The position numbers and the translations under genes are program-made. The notes beneath the pieces are model-generated. The model was not told the DNA's origin, did no database searches, and saw only the letters and a list, made by a program, of their open reading frames with translations. A stretch of 63,948 nucleotides of DNA, counting the filler, from Globobulimina sp. (Eukaryota): the NCBI GenBank assembly GCA_003354225.1. It is 21 parts of 21 records of this genome, joined end to end, with 100 filler letters (N's around TTAATTAATTAA, not from the genome) between each part and the next. Parts side by side here need not be neighbours in the genome. Positions count along the whole stretch, not along the records: positions 1 to 2,952 come from PIVH01004249.1; positions 3,053 to 6,004 come from PIVH01004250.1; positions 6,105 to 9,056 come from PIVH01004251.1; positions 9,157 to 12,108 come from PIVH01004252.1; 17 more parts are not named here. One strand, given 5' to 3'. Position 1 is the first letter of the stretch. The number at the start of each line of letters is the position of its first letter. Of the stretch, positions 1-12,208 are shown in pieces.

Positions 1-1104
1 ACCATCACCTAATCCAACACGAATTTTATTAGCAAGTACACTATACTCAGTAAACAATGATTCACCTGGCATCATGTGTGATGTAGCTCCAGAATCCACT
101 AACTGTACAATTGCTTTATCATCTCTAACTTGAAAAACTACCTCTCCTTCTTTTTCATGCATTAGAGACATTGCCCTTGTTCCACTTTTCCTTCCTCCAG
201 ATGCTACTGATCTCTTCTCCTCCTGATCTGAGTTACTGTCTGAACCATAGTCATCATCCTTCAGCTGACGATTAGAATGTTCCCCTCCTGTTTTGGCCGA
301 TTTTGACTTTTTCTCACTGTCCTTTTTGTCACAGTTACGAGCAATATGTCCCTTTTTCCCACAATTATAACATGAACCAGGGGGACCAGGAGTTTTCGGA
401 CGAAAAGGACCATGCCACTTTTTACCTCCTCGAATTGCCATAACCTGGGATTGAGAACTGTCCTTTGTTCCTTTTTGTCGCAATTCTTCCGATCGCAAAG
501 CTTCAACAAATTCGGTAATTGTGAAAGTTCCTTTAGCAAGATAGGCCACACGAATGGTATCATACTCAGATGGCAGTCCACGCAATAAACAGGCCAGATG
601 GACTTGATCAGGCAAGGCACACTTGAGGGCAGTCAACCGAGAAGACAAGTCCAGATAGGATTTGTAGTAAGAGTCAACAGACATACCCACTGACATTTTC
701 AGGTCCATCATACGGGTCAACACTTGCAGCTGATTGGTCATAGTGTCTTTTTCAAAATGGGCAACTAATTTATCCCATCTATCTTTCGGTGTCACAAGTG
801 TTTTGTCAGCTACCAAATACAATAAAGTAGAGGAAACCATTCTATTAATTTCATGCTTTGCTCGGGCAGATCTCAATTCAAATCCCTTTCTCATTAATTT
901 AGCCTTGTCAAACTGCTTCTGCTGTTCATTGGTTGGGTTTTCAGGCAAAGCAGCCGGTTCAGGGGGACATTCTTCATCTCCAGTAATAATTTTCCAACAG
1001 TCTAATGATTCTAAATAAGTCTGCATAGCGTCACTCCAAAGCATCCAGTTCTGTTCGCCATACAACTTTTCAAATGGCAAACCTTTTTCTTCTTTGAATT
1101 CCAT
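1..1104 (-). mobile_element. Ty1/copia gag-protease ORF (runs off the window start; missed by the ORF track)
   Basis: Manual translation from ATG at 1104: MEFKEEKGLPFEKLYGEQNWMLWSDAMQTYLESLDCW (copia gag N-terminus), zinc knuckle CYNCGKKGHIARNC, protease VDSGATSHM. Confidence 0.92.
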
Positions 1105-1144
1105 GACTCAGCAATTTAATAATCCCACAAACAATAAGCAAGTT

Positions 1145-1158
1145 TCGGACTTCTAATC
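1145..1158 (-). promoter_or_regulatory. Primer-binding site complementary to the tRNA-Arg(UCU) anticodon arm
   Basis: Minus-strand GATTAGAAGTCCGA directly after the LTR end CAACA; its complement TCGGACTTCTAATC reads as a tRNA-Arg TCT anticodon stem-loop. Confidence 0.75.
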
Positions 1159-1552
1159 TGTTGAGACTTCGTGCGCACTATTAAATAGCCAACAATATAA
1201 CTTTGGAATCTGTTTATTTGGAGTATAGACGTTAGATATAAGGCTGTTGACAACGTAAGTAATATACACTGGCGATGGCGGTCCGACCACTGCTCTTTAG
1301 ATCAGAGAACGAGAGAACTAACAGCTATATGCGATTGGCCGGGCTGGTATAGAATAATAGCATGTCTGCCTAGACCTAGATTACAAACGATAGCTGGCAC
1401 CTATCCTAAGAATGCATGTATTACAACCAGCAGTGACTATACGAAAACTGAGACACAATAAACGATTAGGGACGACACAAATACATTGCATAACTGTGTG
1501 TAATGTTATATGTTATATATATGTATGTAATCAGGGAATCGCACCTTCAACA
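1159..1552 (-). repeat. Long terminal repeat (about 394 bp) of the copia element
   Basis: TGTTG...CAACA ends, preceded by polypurine tract GAGGAGGAG (1553-1561), internal AATAAA near 1213-1218, followed by the PBS and gag. Confidence 0.8.
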
Positions 1553-1564
1553 CTCCTCCTCGAT

Positions 1565-2952
1565 TCACTGATCAGAATCCAGACCACTTGTTTTGGCAGT
1601 CAAACCGAGTTTCAAGCGTAGTTTGTTGAACTGATCTCGGGACAGCGGTTTGGTACATATGTCTGCAATCATCTCATCTGTTGGGCAATATTTCAGGCCA
1701 ATGTTGCCTGTGGCAATTTCATCTCGGATGAAGTGATGTTGAATATCGATGTGCTTTTGTCGAGAATGATAGACCGGATTTTCTGACATAGCAATCGTTG
1801 CTTGGTTATCTTCAAAGATTTCAATTGGTCTAAACTCTGTTCCCATTTCTAAGAAAATTTGTTGCAAAAACTTCGCTTCTCGAGTTGCCATGCCCAAAGC
1901 CACATATTCAGCATTTGCAGTGGAAATGCTTACTGTTTTCTGTTTACCAGAATACCATGAGATTGCTGCTTCTCCAAGTTTGTACACATACCCAGAGACA
2001 GATTTTCGGTCATCAACATCTCTGGCATAGTCAGAATCGCTGTATCCAATCATTACATTTGATCTTGGTCGATATGTAAGTTCCAGGTTGGCTGTATCTT
2101 TTAAGTATCCAAAGATTCGTTTCACGGCTGTAAGATGATGTTGATTTGGCTGTGAGTTATACCTAGCTACAGTACTGACAGCATACTGTATGTCTGGTCT
2201 TGTAGCCAAAGCACAGTACAACAAGCTTCCAACCATTGACTGGTATAATTTGGTATCAACCAATTTTGGTTTATCTTCCAGTTCCAGACTATCTGAGTGC
2301 TTTCGAAGCACAACACTGGTATCTGTGGGTGTTGAGTAAGGTCGGATTTGTTCTAATCCGAAACGTTTCAGTAATGTTCGAATGTATGTTTCTTGTGACA
2401 ATCGAAGTTCGCCATTTTGTGATTGTGCCACTTTAATGCCCAAGATGTGATGTAATGAACCCATATCAACCATTTTGAATTCTTGCATCAACTGACTTTT
2501 TAACTGTTGCATTTTGAGATCATTCTCAGTGGCTAGTACAACGTCATCTACATAGATTGTCACATAGGCCAAAGGTTCTTTGCAGATGAACAAGCATGGA
2601 TCTTTTATGCTTTGTTTGAATCCAAGTTTCTTTAGGAATGCACTAAACTTGGTATTCCACTGTCTTGGTGATTGTTTTAGTCCATACAAGGAACGGTTTA
2701 ATTTGCAAACCCAGTTTTCTTTTCCTTGCACTTCATATCCGGGTGGTTGTTTCATGAAGATTGTTTCATCTAAACTTCCATTAAGAAACGCTGTGGTTAC
2801 ATCCATTTGGTGTACTACCATGTTTTTCTGAATGGCGTATGCCACTACAGCTCGCAGCGTTCCAAGACGTACAACAGGGGCATATGTTTCCAGATAATCA
2901 ACCCCATATTGTTGAGAAAAACCACGGGCCACAAGCCTGGCTTTGTAGCGGT
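1565..2952 (-). mobile_element. Ty1/copia reverse transcriptase-RNase H (pol C-terminus)
   Basis: QMDVTTAFLNG, SLYGLKQSPRQW, YVDD, GYSDSDYA, DNQATI, KHIDIQHHFIRD, ADICTKPL motifs. Confidence 0.97.
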
Positions 2953-3052
2953 NNNNNNNNNNNNNNNNNNNNNNNNNNNNNNNNNNNNNNNNNNNNTTAA
3001 TTAATTAANNNNNNNNNNNNNNNNNNNNNNNNNNNNNNNNNNNNNNNNNNNN
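2953..3052. other. Artificial contig linker (N44-TTAATTAATTAA-N44); first of 20 recurring about every 3050 bp
   Basis: Identical 100-bp spacer with stops in all six frames; flanking contigs decrease monotonically in length. Confidence 0.98.
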
Positions 3053-3054
3053 GT

Positions 3055-3696
3055 TTGAAATCAAAAGATTTGCAGCATAGCATTGCAGATATCATATTTG
3101 AGTATGGCTCAACTTATAATCTCTGGGAAATTCCGAAGGAAATTGGAATATGTTGCAATGGCAAAGTGACGTTCAATCCGTCAAATAGTAATTTTACAGA
3201 TTGCTATCAAACTGCATTTATACCACATTTTAAAATCGATCCAAATATTATTGGTAAATATTGCTGTTCAATAAAAGCATCAATGGTTTGCATAGAAACA
3301 TATTTTGGAATAATTGATGTTGAAAATGCAAATAAAAATGCCTTTCTTACATGTATCGGATATTTAGAATTAAACAGTGGTTATGGATATTGCTTCAATC
3401 GCGGCGGATATTATCATGATGAACAAAGAGATCCCGTTGGAGGTGCATATAATATCAATTATTCCAATGAAACGTCTCAAAATGTGACTGATGTAATGAA
3501 TGTTTTTATCACTGTCAATTCAAATAACAAAGGAACAATTGATTGGGGTCTAAATAACAAAGTATTCGCAGCAGAATCTATTGATATTACAATTCCATCG
3601 AATGGCTTATTGTTTGCCTGTTCAACTATTGGACAAAAGGTTAGCTTTGAGATTGTAAAGATTATATCACCAGTACATGCTATTTATTTTGATTAG
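3055..3696 (+). CDS. Hypothetical protein, possibly SPRY/B30.2-like beta-sandwich (5' partial)
   Basis: Beta-rich 213-aa ORF; ending TIDWGLNNKVFA...FACST..VSFEIV weakly resembles SPRY. Confidence 0.35.
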   Translation: MKSKDLQHSIADIIFEYGSTYNLWEIPKEIGICCNGKVTFNPSNSNFTDCYQTAFIPHFKIDPNIIGKYCCSIKASMVCIETYFGIIDVENANKNAFLTCIGYLELNSGYGYCFNRGGYYHDEQRDPVGGAYNINYSNETSQNVTDVMNVFITVNSNNKGTIDWGLNNKVFAAESIDITIPSNGLLFACSTIGQKVSFEIVKIISPVHAIYFD

Positions 3697-3741
3697 TTTG
3701 CAGGACTTCGACATGATTTAAAACATGAATTTGAGCAAGGT

Positions 3742-4574
3742 TCACTTCGGAAATAGTTTTTGCAATGTTTGTTTATCATCGGATCTTAGTTTACTTTCCT
3801 GTTGTTGACGATTCACAGAGTCCAAGCACTTGCTGTATGTGTGATGGTGTTGATGACATAGATATATTTGAGCAAGACCGGCGCGCGCAGTGGAATACCT
3901 ATATCCGCCCCAACGCATTTCCTTCAAATCTAGACATCGTTGATACATTTTAAAGGAATCCTCACATTCATTCTCTACCACAAAATCCAATCGCAATGGG
4001 AATGTGTCCTGCATATATTCAATAAATTCCTCTTTGGAATCATAATATCGTTCTTTCTGCTCTTCCAATGACAATGCGTCCCATTCTAACATGAAATTTA
4101 TATAAATTTCATAAACAATCAAGAAAAAACGTTTTTATTTAACTTGATTTCGGTTTTGGCACAACACAAGGCCTTGGCAATGGTTTTTTATCTGTATTAA
4201 TATCTTCATCCTCGAAAAAAGAAGGTAGCGGCGGTGCAAATGCATTGGCATTCCGATCTAAAATAAATGGGTTTCTATCTGAATACTTTGCAGTTTTCCT
4301 TTCTACGTTTTGCGCAAATACATCGATGTCGGGAGTTCCACTGCGTTGGACTTTGAACGGAGCGGGCACATCTTGTGAGGTTACCTTTTTACCGCGGAGT
4401 CTTTTCACTGTTCAGGATATTAATACAACGTTACTCGAATATTTAACACATATAACTCAACTCAAATATGTTGGTTCAAATTTGTGTGGATATTGAATTG
4501 GTGCATTCCTATCAAATGATGGAGGCTGTGGCCAACACGTATCAGAATCAGTTGGTTGTGGTTGGGTGAACATT
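3742..4574 (-). CDS. Probable multi-exon hypothetical gene
   Basis: Three consecutive minus-strand ORFs separated by short AT-rich gaps; no recognisable family. Confidence 0.3.
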
Positions 4575-4720
4575 ATTGTGTTTTTTAGCTGTTTGCCATT
4601 GACAGAATTAGCTGAATACAAATTAACTAACTGTTTGCTTGCAAACTGAAAAACTTCACATATTGCGCAATATAACAAATACTCACATCGGAGTATCAAA
4701 ATAAAAGAAGAGAAATCCGT

Positions 4721-5771
4721 TTATTTAATCAAAAGCATGGCAACAAACCCAACCAAAGCAACAGCCATAATTGTTATTACAATATATACCATTTTAATTG
4801 TTTTAAATCCGTTTTTATTGACTTTCATCATAAGTTTTCTTTGATTTGCTCGAGGAAATGGAACATTTATTGGTATTTCTTTGTTCAAAAATGTGCACAA
4901 CGGATCCCATCCATTTTGACAATTAAATAGTAACAATTTATCTTTTGGTACATATTTCTGCACCAATTTACTCCATTCATTATATTGTTTTTTTAAATAC
5001 AATTCCTGTTTTTTATAATCACTAATTTTTATTCTAAACAATAATAAATAAATGTCTTCAATAAATTTATTATGCTGACTCCATTTTGGTGATATTTGGA
5101 ATACAAAGGATTGAAACATTAACAAGTACGGATACACCGTGTTTATAATTGATTGATACCACACATTCTCATTGTTACGAACTGTTAATATTACCTTCAT
5201 TGCATAACACATATAAAAACTAAAAACACTTTCAACTGAAAACAGATTCGAATTCGTATTTATTAATGACGGATCTGTTTATCATTGAAACTGTTTGATC
5301 AACTTTGTAATTTGGTGTATAATGATTCAATATCTCCACAAAGAATGCGTTTGTTGGTGTACCGCAACAGCCATTGTATCCATTAAAGAATTTATTCCAA
5401 TCACATGCAACCAAAGTATTATTATTCCAATCATCAAAGTTATAGTTTTTATTTGCTTTCCGAAGTTTTAACAATTTTTGTTTGGATATTTCCATCCAAA
5501 TATCCATTGCGATTTTACTTGTAAATGCATCTCTTAATTGATAACATTCGATACCTAAATGAGACAATGCTTTATTTAATGAGGTTGTACCACTTCTTCC
5601 TAATCCTGTGATATTTGGTTATAATTATTAAAAAACACATGCACAAAAACCTGGAGCTATAATAAATGGATTATCTGCATTTATTTCAGTAGAAATGCTT
5701 TCTTTGTGTTCAACTGCAATCAACTCATTTATTCCAAGAGAGTGAGTCAAAAAGGAAGTGTACCATTGCAT
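4721..5771 (-). CDS. P-loop sulfotransferase-family protein (Sulfotransfer_4-like), intron-containing, C-terminal TM
   Basis: Spliced IIAPG|LGRSGTTSLNKALSHLG; VILTVR; VPKDKLLLFNCQNGWDPLCTFLNKEIP..PFPRAN. Confidence 0.85.
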
Positions 5772-6192
5772 GACTTCCAGTTAAAAACCGTAAATTTTGC
5801 TTTCACTTTAAATAGAGTTTTCCTATTAGACTCCTGCTAACTAACTTTTTTCTGTGAATTGAGCTATAACTGAAAGGTGCAATTACGGTTTTACACTCAT
5901 ATCTTTTTGGAAGCGCTGCTAATTAAGATTTGCTCATCTGGATTTTTTGGAAGCGATGCTGATTTGATGGGATTTGTTCAAAACAAATTTATATTTGCTC
6001 AGATNNNNNNNNNNNNNNNNNNNNNNNNNNNNNNNNNNNNNNNNNNNNTTAATTAATTAANNNNNNNNNNNNNNNNNNNNNNNNNNNNNNNNNNNNNNNN
6101 NNNNTATAAAACAAAAAAAATCAAAAAGAATAATAATGCAATATGATTAATTGCGGCAATTCAAAGCAACAAAAGTAAATAAAAATTGCCAT

Positions 6193-8610
6193 TCATTTCG
6201 TAAAACTTGGCGTATTTTGGAAATAATAGTTCCAATTCGTATCATTCCTAAAATTGGGATACTTTTTATCATAAAATAATTTGGCTCGCGACGAAATAGC
6301 GAATTTCCATCCATAGTCATTCAAACAATAATGGTATGGAATATGCTCACAAATATCGCCATCTCTTGGAAACATTTCCCGATTTTTTATTCTTTTATTT
6401 TCCATTTGTAAGATCTCAATATATTCCTTTCTAAACAACTCTAACTCGGACTTGCTTTCTTGACTATATTTATTATGATATCTATGTTGTAACCACCATT
6501 CATACGAATATCGCTCTACATCCGTATCGTTATAAGTCGTATAAAATATATCCCGCGTCAATGTATAGCGACACTGCGACGCAAACAAATCATTTTGCGG
6601 CATATAATTCTTATAAGCAATGAGACCGCCAAAACACGATTTGACTGCAAAAAAGCGGTTATTTTCTTTTGCATTCGGTATCAATTTGCGTTGATGCAAT
6701 GCGTGTTCATTGTTATAAATATATTCCGTGTCATTTAGCAATGGGTCATGGCCATAATGCAACCAGCCACCATTTCTATCCACAGTGGCAAATGTATCGC
6801 GTGTATAACCCAACCAATCCAAACCATCTATACATAGCCCGTTGATATCGTCAGAAGAATAATATAACTCATTCAGAAAAGTGCGGATATCAATATTATA
6901 AATATCCATATCAATCAGCATCACGTAATCGAAGTTCATGCGCATTTCCATGCTTTTCTTATACGTCTCATTTAATATCATATTGCGATATGCCACAAAC
7001 CGCTCAATTCTGTACAATTTATCCCGAAATTTGTGATAAAACTCCTCGTCTTTCATAGCCATTTCCAGTTTGCGAAATTGCTTTGCTCGCATTGCCTTTT
7101 TTCGCTTTGCGAATTGCAATTGTTTATCGCGTAATTTTTCATACAAAATCTGCTCGTCGCCGGCCATCAGCCCTTCAATGTCGTTATGAATGGCACTGAA
7201 CTCCGACTCAAAGTCGCTTAATGTATTGATTTTATTTCGTTTTTGGATCTTTTTCTCGATTTCAGTGTCCGTATGAAACTCATTCACGCCGTCATACATA
7301 TTCAGCACCGACAATATCTCCAATTCTTTCTCCAATTCAGTGCCTACGATCTCGTCGCCAGAGATGACATATTTATGCAAATGATGCGTATTCATACTAT
7401 TTACGATGGAATCATGGTACCGCACATATTTAATCACTGCCAGTTTGTCATAGATTATCTCTTCAATGCGTATATCGGATAATTTGTTGGTTTGTAGTCT
7501 GATTTGTTCCTCTAAATACCACTCCATTTCCTTTACATCAACATCATGCAAATCCGAGTAATTGCTCAATACGTCATATATGCGCTCATCTACGTACTCC
7601 AAGCTATTATTCTCATGTACGTATTGCTCGAATGAGCTGTCAAATATATTGATCAACGCATCCAATGTGCGGCTGATATTGCCGTACTTTTCTACGTGCG
7701 TCGGATTGAACATTTTCTGCGTACAATTTATATCGTTGTCGCCATGCAGGAATTCATTCAAATATAATGACGTATTATCAATCGAATTGGATTCGAATAA
7801 TATGAATGTTGTGCTGTTATACAGACACGACACGGATAACAACTGCGCCAATGTCGATTGTAAATGCGATTCTGCATTGTTGACCTGCCCGGTTATCACA
7901 ATATTATTGTCCAAATAATACGGCGCATCACTTATATATAACTGCGGGAATGGCGCCAATTCCGAATAGGTCAGTATCGGCTTACGTTTCTCGCCCTTTT
8001 CCGCATTGTTTGTCTCGCTATTTTCGCCTCGCAACGCGGCTAAGCGCGACTTTCTTTGCTCCCGTCGTTTTCTTTTGCGTTCTAGAAACTTTTCGCGCTG
8101 CGACTGATTTTGTTGCAGTTTTTTGTCATTCGTTTCTGTTTTTGTTGGGTCGTAATCGATATTTATGTCTGGAATGTTTTTCGGTGTTTCGCTGAGAATG
8201 GTAGCGAGAGGATTGTGGTGGTGTTTGTTTTTCGATGTGAATGAAAGTATTAACAGGTAATATGCAACAATGAATAATAACAGATATATCACCAATTTGT
8301 TATAATTAAATCCGCAGCAGGGAGGGACAAGTGATAGTTGCGGTGACTGATGTAGGTAATGAATGAATGGATGGATGGGTGCATGCTGATGACGCACAGA
8401 AAGTGAATCACATACTTTATCGGATATCATTGATAATGGGGCGGTTAGCGAGTATTGTAATTGGTGGAGATTGATTAAAGATGAATTTGGTGAGAGTCGA
8501 TTGCATTTTTTTATTTTTTGTATCTTGTGTTTGGAACGAGATTTGGTTCGGGTGGATGTTTGGAGCATTCGTAAAAGAGAGGATGGCCAGTACTCACAAA
8601 AAACTTTCAA
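6193..8610 (-). CDS. Type II membrane glycosyltransferase, CAP59/GT69-like, with a long charged insertion
   Basis: TM anchor; FESNSIDNT, RIERFVAYRN, DYVMLIDMD (DxD), DTFAT, VKSCFGGLIAY, CEH motifs. Confidence 0.65.
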   Translation of the reverse strand: MKVFCEYWPSSLLRMLQTSTRTKSRSKHKIQKIKKCNRLSPNSSLINLHQLQYSLTAPLSMISDKVCDSLSVRHQHAPIHPFIHYLHQSPQLSLVPPCCGFNYNKLVIYLLLFIVAYYLLILSFTSKNKHHHNPLATILSETPKNIPDINIDYDPTKTETNDKKLQQNQSQREKFLERKRKRREQRKSRLAALRGENSETNNAEKGEKRKPILTYSELAPFPQLYISDAPYYLDNNIVITGQVNNAESHLQSTLAQLLSVSCLYNSTTFILFESNSIDNTSLYLNEFLHGDNDINCTQKMFNPTHVEKYGNISRTLDALINIFDSSFEQYVHENNSLEYVDERIYDVLSNYSDLHDVDVKEMEWYLEEQIRLQTNKLSDIRIEEIIYDKLAVIKYVRYHDSIVNSMNTHHLHKYVISGDEIVGTELEKELEILSVLNMYDGVNEFHTDTEIEKKIQKRNKINTLSDFESEFSAIHNDIEGLMAGDEQILYEKLRDKQLQFAKRKKAMRAKQFRKLEMAMKDEEFYHKFRDKLYRIERFVAYRNMILNETYKKSMEMRMNFDYVMLIDMDIYNIDIRTFLNELYYSSDDINGLCIDGLDWLGYTRDTFATVDRNGGWLHYGHDPLLNDTEYIYNNEHALHQRKLIPNAKENNRFFAVKSCFGGLIAYKNYMPQNDLFASQCRYTLTRDIFYTTYNDTDVERYSYEWWLQHRYHNKYSQESKSELELFRKEYIEILQMENKRIKNREMFPRDGDICEHIPYHYCLNDYGWKFAISSRAKLFYDKKYPNFRNDTNWNYYFQNTPSFTK

Positions 8611-8744
8611 TCACACTTACCTTTTTCGAAAAAAATTTCACCTCGGACTGCTAACAAATATCTAAACATATTCAAATCTAAACATATTCAAAATTTCAAA
8701 TCGTGCAATCAAATAAAAAAAAAGCTTGCGCCTCAATATCAACA

Positions 8745-9056
8745 ATGGGCAATGTGAAAAGCAAGGAAAAACAGGTAAATTACAAACTTTCTTATAATTT
8801 ATAAATTAATCCATTCAACAAATAATTAAATACAGATTCAAAAGAACAGCAATGCATTAATATGGAGTCAATTAGGATTGGAAGAAGAGTATAAAGCGAA
8901 TCAGTCATTATTCAAATTGGCATCAAAAGGGAGAAGAATAAATGCAAAAAAATGTGTGCGACGAATAAGATTTATCTGTGAAACCTATGTGGAATGGGTC
9001 AAAGCAAAGGTTGCGGGAACGGGAAAGAGCGAAGAAAGTGGGATGAATATATATGA
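8745..9056 (+). CDS. 5' end of a hypothetical gene (MGNVKSKEKQ, intron, exon 2), truncated
   Basis: ATG-GGC start, GT-AG intron at about 8775-8835, ORF open to the contig end. Confidence 0.4.
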
Positions 9057-9156
9057 NNNNNNNNNNNNNNNNNNNNNNNNNNNNNNNNNNNNNNNNNNNN
9101 TTAATTAATTAANNNNNNNNNNNNNNNNNNNNNNNNNNNNNNNNNNNNNNNNNNNN

Positions 9157-10853
9157 GATGTTGCTGCTATCGATGGAGATCAATGTATCGTTGATATCTT
9201 CTAAGATGTCTTCGAATTCGTACTCATTTTCGAGACAAAACGTTTTCATTTTGGCAGTAACATCTTCGTCCCAATGACGATTAATTCGCTGTTTTAAACG
9301 TTTCCAGCGCTCTTCGGCTGAAGTCGCATTTTTATAATGTCCATGTAACACTGCTTTGGACGCAATGTTGAACGCAACGGGCATTTTTGAGGTGGTGAGG
9401 TCCGGCGTCGAGGCAGATAATTGCAACGGTGGCAAAGCTGGGACATCCTTGATACTCTTAACCGACAAGGTATTAGTTGTCTGACTGTGCACTGTATCGC
9501 CACTTAATATATTCTCCACATCATACTCCACCATCGTACCAGTACGAGCTAGCCGTTGTGGTTTGATGTGCTGTACAACAACAAATATATTAAAATAAGA
9601 CAGAAATAAGATAGAAACAGTACCGGTACATGGTCATTTTTCGGGGAGTCACTGCTGAGCTCATGCTCTGTGTCGCGATTTAAGTCATTAATATTAGTTT
9701 CACTTTTATTTTCCTGTTGGTCCGCATCGTCTGAATCGACATATTCCGTATGGATAGAATCAGTATCGGTATCCTCATCGACCTCTTCTTCCAATTTAGT
9801 GTCAGGATACGCAGGCAATATAAGTTGAGCTGGGATGCTAAACTCACCGCTGTAGGCAGACTCGTGTTGGCCGTGATGGTCAAAAAACTCATTTTCGTCA
9901 TCATCCTCGTCCTCCAAATTAAAGGAGGGGCGATTTTTAGCCTGTTCCTGCATTTTAAGTGCAGTGGTCGGAGCGTACGCATTCGAGCTAATAATATTGG
10001 TATCATCCTGCTCGATGTTGAGGTTTTTATCCGTATCAATATTATTATCGGTGGGCGTGTGGGGAATGTCAGGCAGCTCCGTGTTGGTGGATTCATTTTG
10101 GGTATGACTGAGTCGTTTCTTTTGCTGTATTTTGAAAGCTTCTGCAAAATTTTGTGGCTTATTGTTACTGCGCTGGCTCGTTTTAACGGAGTGTTTGTGA
10201 CTGACGCATATATTTATTATATTTGCAGCCAATGTGGGATGCCATAATATGGACGCTGCTATTTTAAATATATCGGCATTGTATATGCGAATGATATGTG
10301 GCTGCAATGTACATTTTAATTTAGTTTTGAATATATTATTTTGTACAATACTGAGGCGCATTAAGGCGGATGATATGATTTTATTGTTGGTGGTGGTTTT
10401 GTAATGGATACATTTGGTGATGTCCATCACTGCTTTTTTGCCCATAATGTCTTTTTTGGTGATTTGTTGTGATTTGTATTGAGTTAACAGGTGGAGCCCT
10501 AATAAAGTCTGCCAAGTGTCCAATATTTGGCTGTGGTTCTCAGTGAATAAATGGTTGAGATGTTCAGTTTGAGCGCCAATGAATAATGTTTCTGAACGTG
10601 TGGTGTTTGCAATGGCAGCGGTTGTATTATTTTGAATGTATATGGTTTGCATCCATTGTTTAAATCCTCTATAAAATATCCATTCATATTCAATGTCGTT
10701 TTGATCGTTGTTTTTGTGATTTTGTGTCAAATATTTTAGTGTGTTGGTCTCTGTTTGATTTAGTTCGCATTTAAAGTGTTTGAGAATTGACACAAAATAT
10801 TCATTATGTTTATATGATTTTATTTGTTCCAATGCAGTTTGTAAACAACACAA
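9157..10853 (-). CDS. Large hypothetical protein, multi-exon, 3' truncated
   Basis: 434-aa and 141-aa ORFs separated by a short intron-like gap; acidic low-complexity region. Confidence 0.55.
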
Positions 10854-11801
10854 ATCATTTGATATGCAATCTATGTCAGTACCATTCGACTTAAATTCGT
10901 TTCTTTGCTGTTTGGTATGTTATATTATAAATGCACATAATGTACATTTGGGATGTAATGAGAGAAAAACCTGGCACAAAGTCGATATTTGAGTCAGCAG
11001 AATCTGTTTCATTGATAAGTAGTAATCCATTTTCGAAGGGATTGGACGATGACTTGACTAGAACACAGCAACGTTTTTAAAAAAAAAACAATATTTTCGC
11101 ATAAAAACGCTAACTATTCTTCTGCAAGATAACTATTAAAATATTTGCTATTTAGTTATCTTGATACACATATATTACGATCATATTATTGTATTTAAGA
11201 CTGAGTTTTTGTAGCAAAAAAAAAGTGAACGTTTTTATCATCGCTTCTGAAATCCAAGACTCCAAGTCGCATAACAAAAAAAATAACAACAATGAATTTT
11301 GAATACGATACCCAATCTGATTTGGAACAGTGTAATAACAATAATCCACCAGACACAGTGAGGTACTAAAATTGCATTTGTGTGTTTTTTGAAATAAAAT
11401 GATATAAATTTAAATCTGTTTTTAGATGGCGGGTTCGTTGAAGCTTTAGCCATTTCACACGATGTCATTTGTAAACCACAATCAACATCAAATCATACAA
11501 CAAATAATAAAACCATCACATGTTTCTGTAATGTATCAGTCAATAAAACATTATTCGCATTAAGAAGACATCGATTTCTTTGCAGATTTAATTGTATGTT
11601 TTTTATGTTTTTATGCTTTGCAATATCTCCAGAAATTTCTTGTAAAAGCCAGAAATAATTAAATATGAATACACAGTTCAAATTTGTAGGCATTGTCTGG
11701 ATATTTTTGCAACGAGACTCCAATTATTTGGTCACCTTAAATTAAATCACCAAACAACAAAAACAGAAACGATAAAAACAAGCGAATCAAATATTAATAA
11801 T

Positions 11802-12108
11802 TTGTTTTTATATCGATATCCGTGCACTGAATGCAATAAACATTACTCATCATTGAGTGCATTTAATTTACATCAAAAATCTCATACAAAACCTTATAAA
11901 TGTTTTTGTGGCAAAGCATTTTCAAGAAATCATGATTTAAAATTACATGAAACCCATCATTACAGGAAAAATAAGGTCGGTGATCAAAAAAAGAGTAAAT
12001 TGTGTAAATTTTGTGATGGATTATTTGCGTCGAATAGTTTGTTAAGAAAACATATTGAAAGCGTACACGGACAAAGAGAGAAACTATTTGTTTGTAAAAA
12101 ATGCTGTA
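11802..12108 (+). CDS. C2H2 zinc-finger protein (partial)
   Basis: Tandem CxxC..HxxxH fingers: YPCTECNKHY..LHQKSH, YKCFCGKAFSRNHDLKLH. Confidence 0.85.
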
Positions 12109-12208
12109 NNNNNNNNNNNNNNNNNNNNNNNNNNNNNNNNNNNNNNNNNNNNTTAATTAATTAANNNNNNNNNNNNNNNNNNNNNNNNNNNNNNNNNNNN
12201 NNNNNNNN

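Noticed and set aside
261-1018. ORF-track calls 261..620 and 734..1018
   Set aside because: Alternate-frame or antisense shadows of the copia gag ORF
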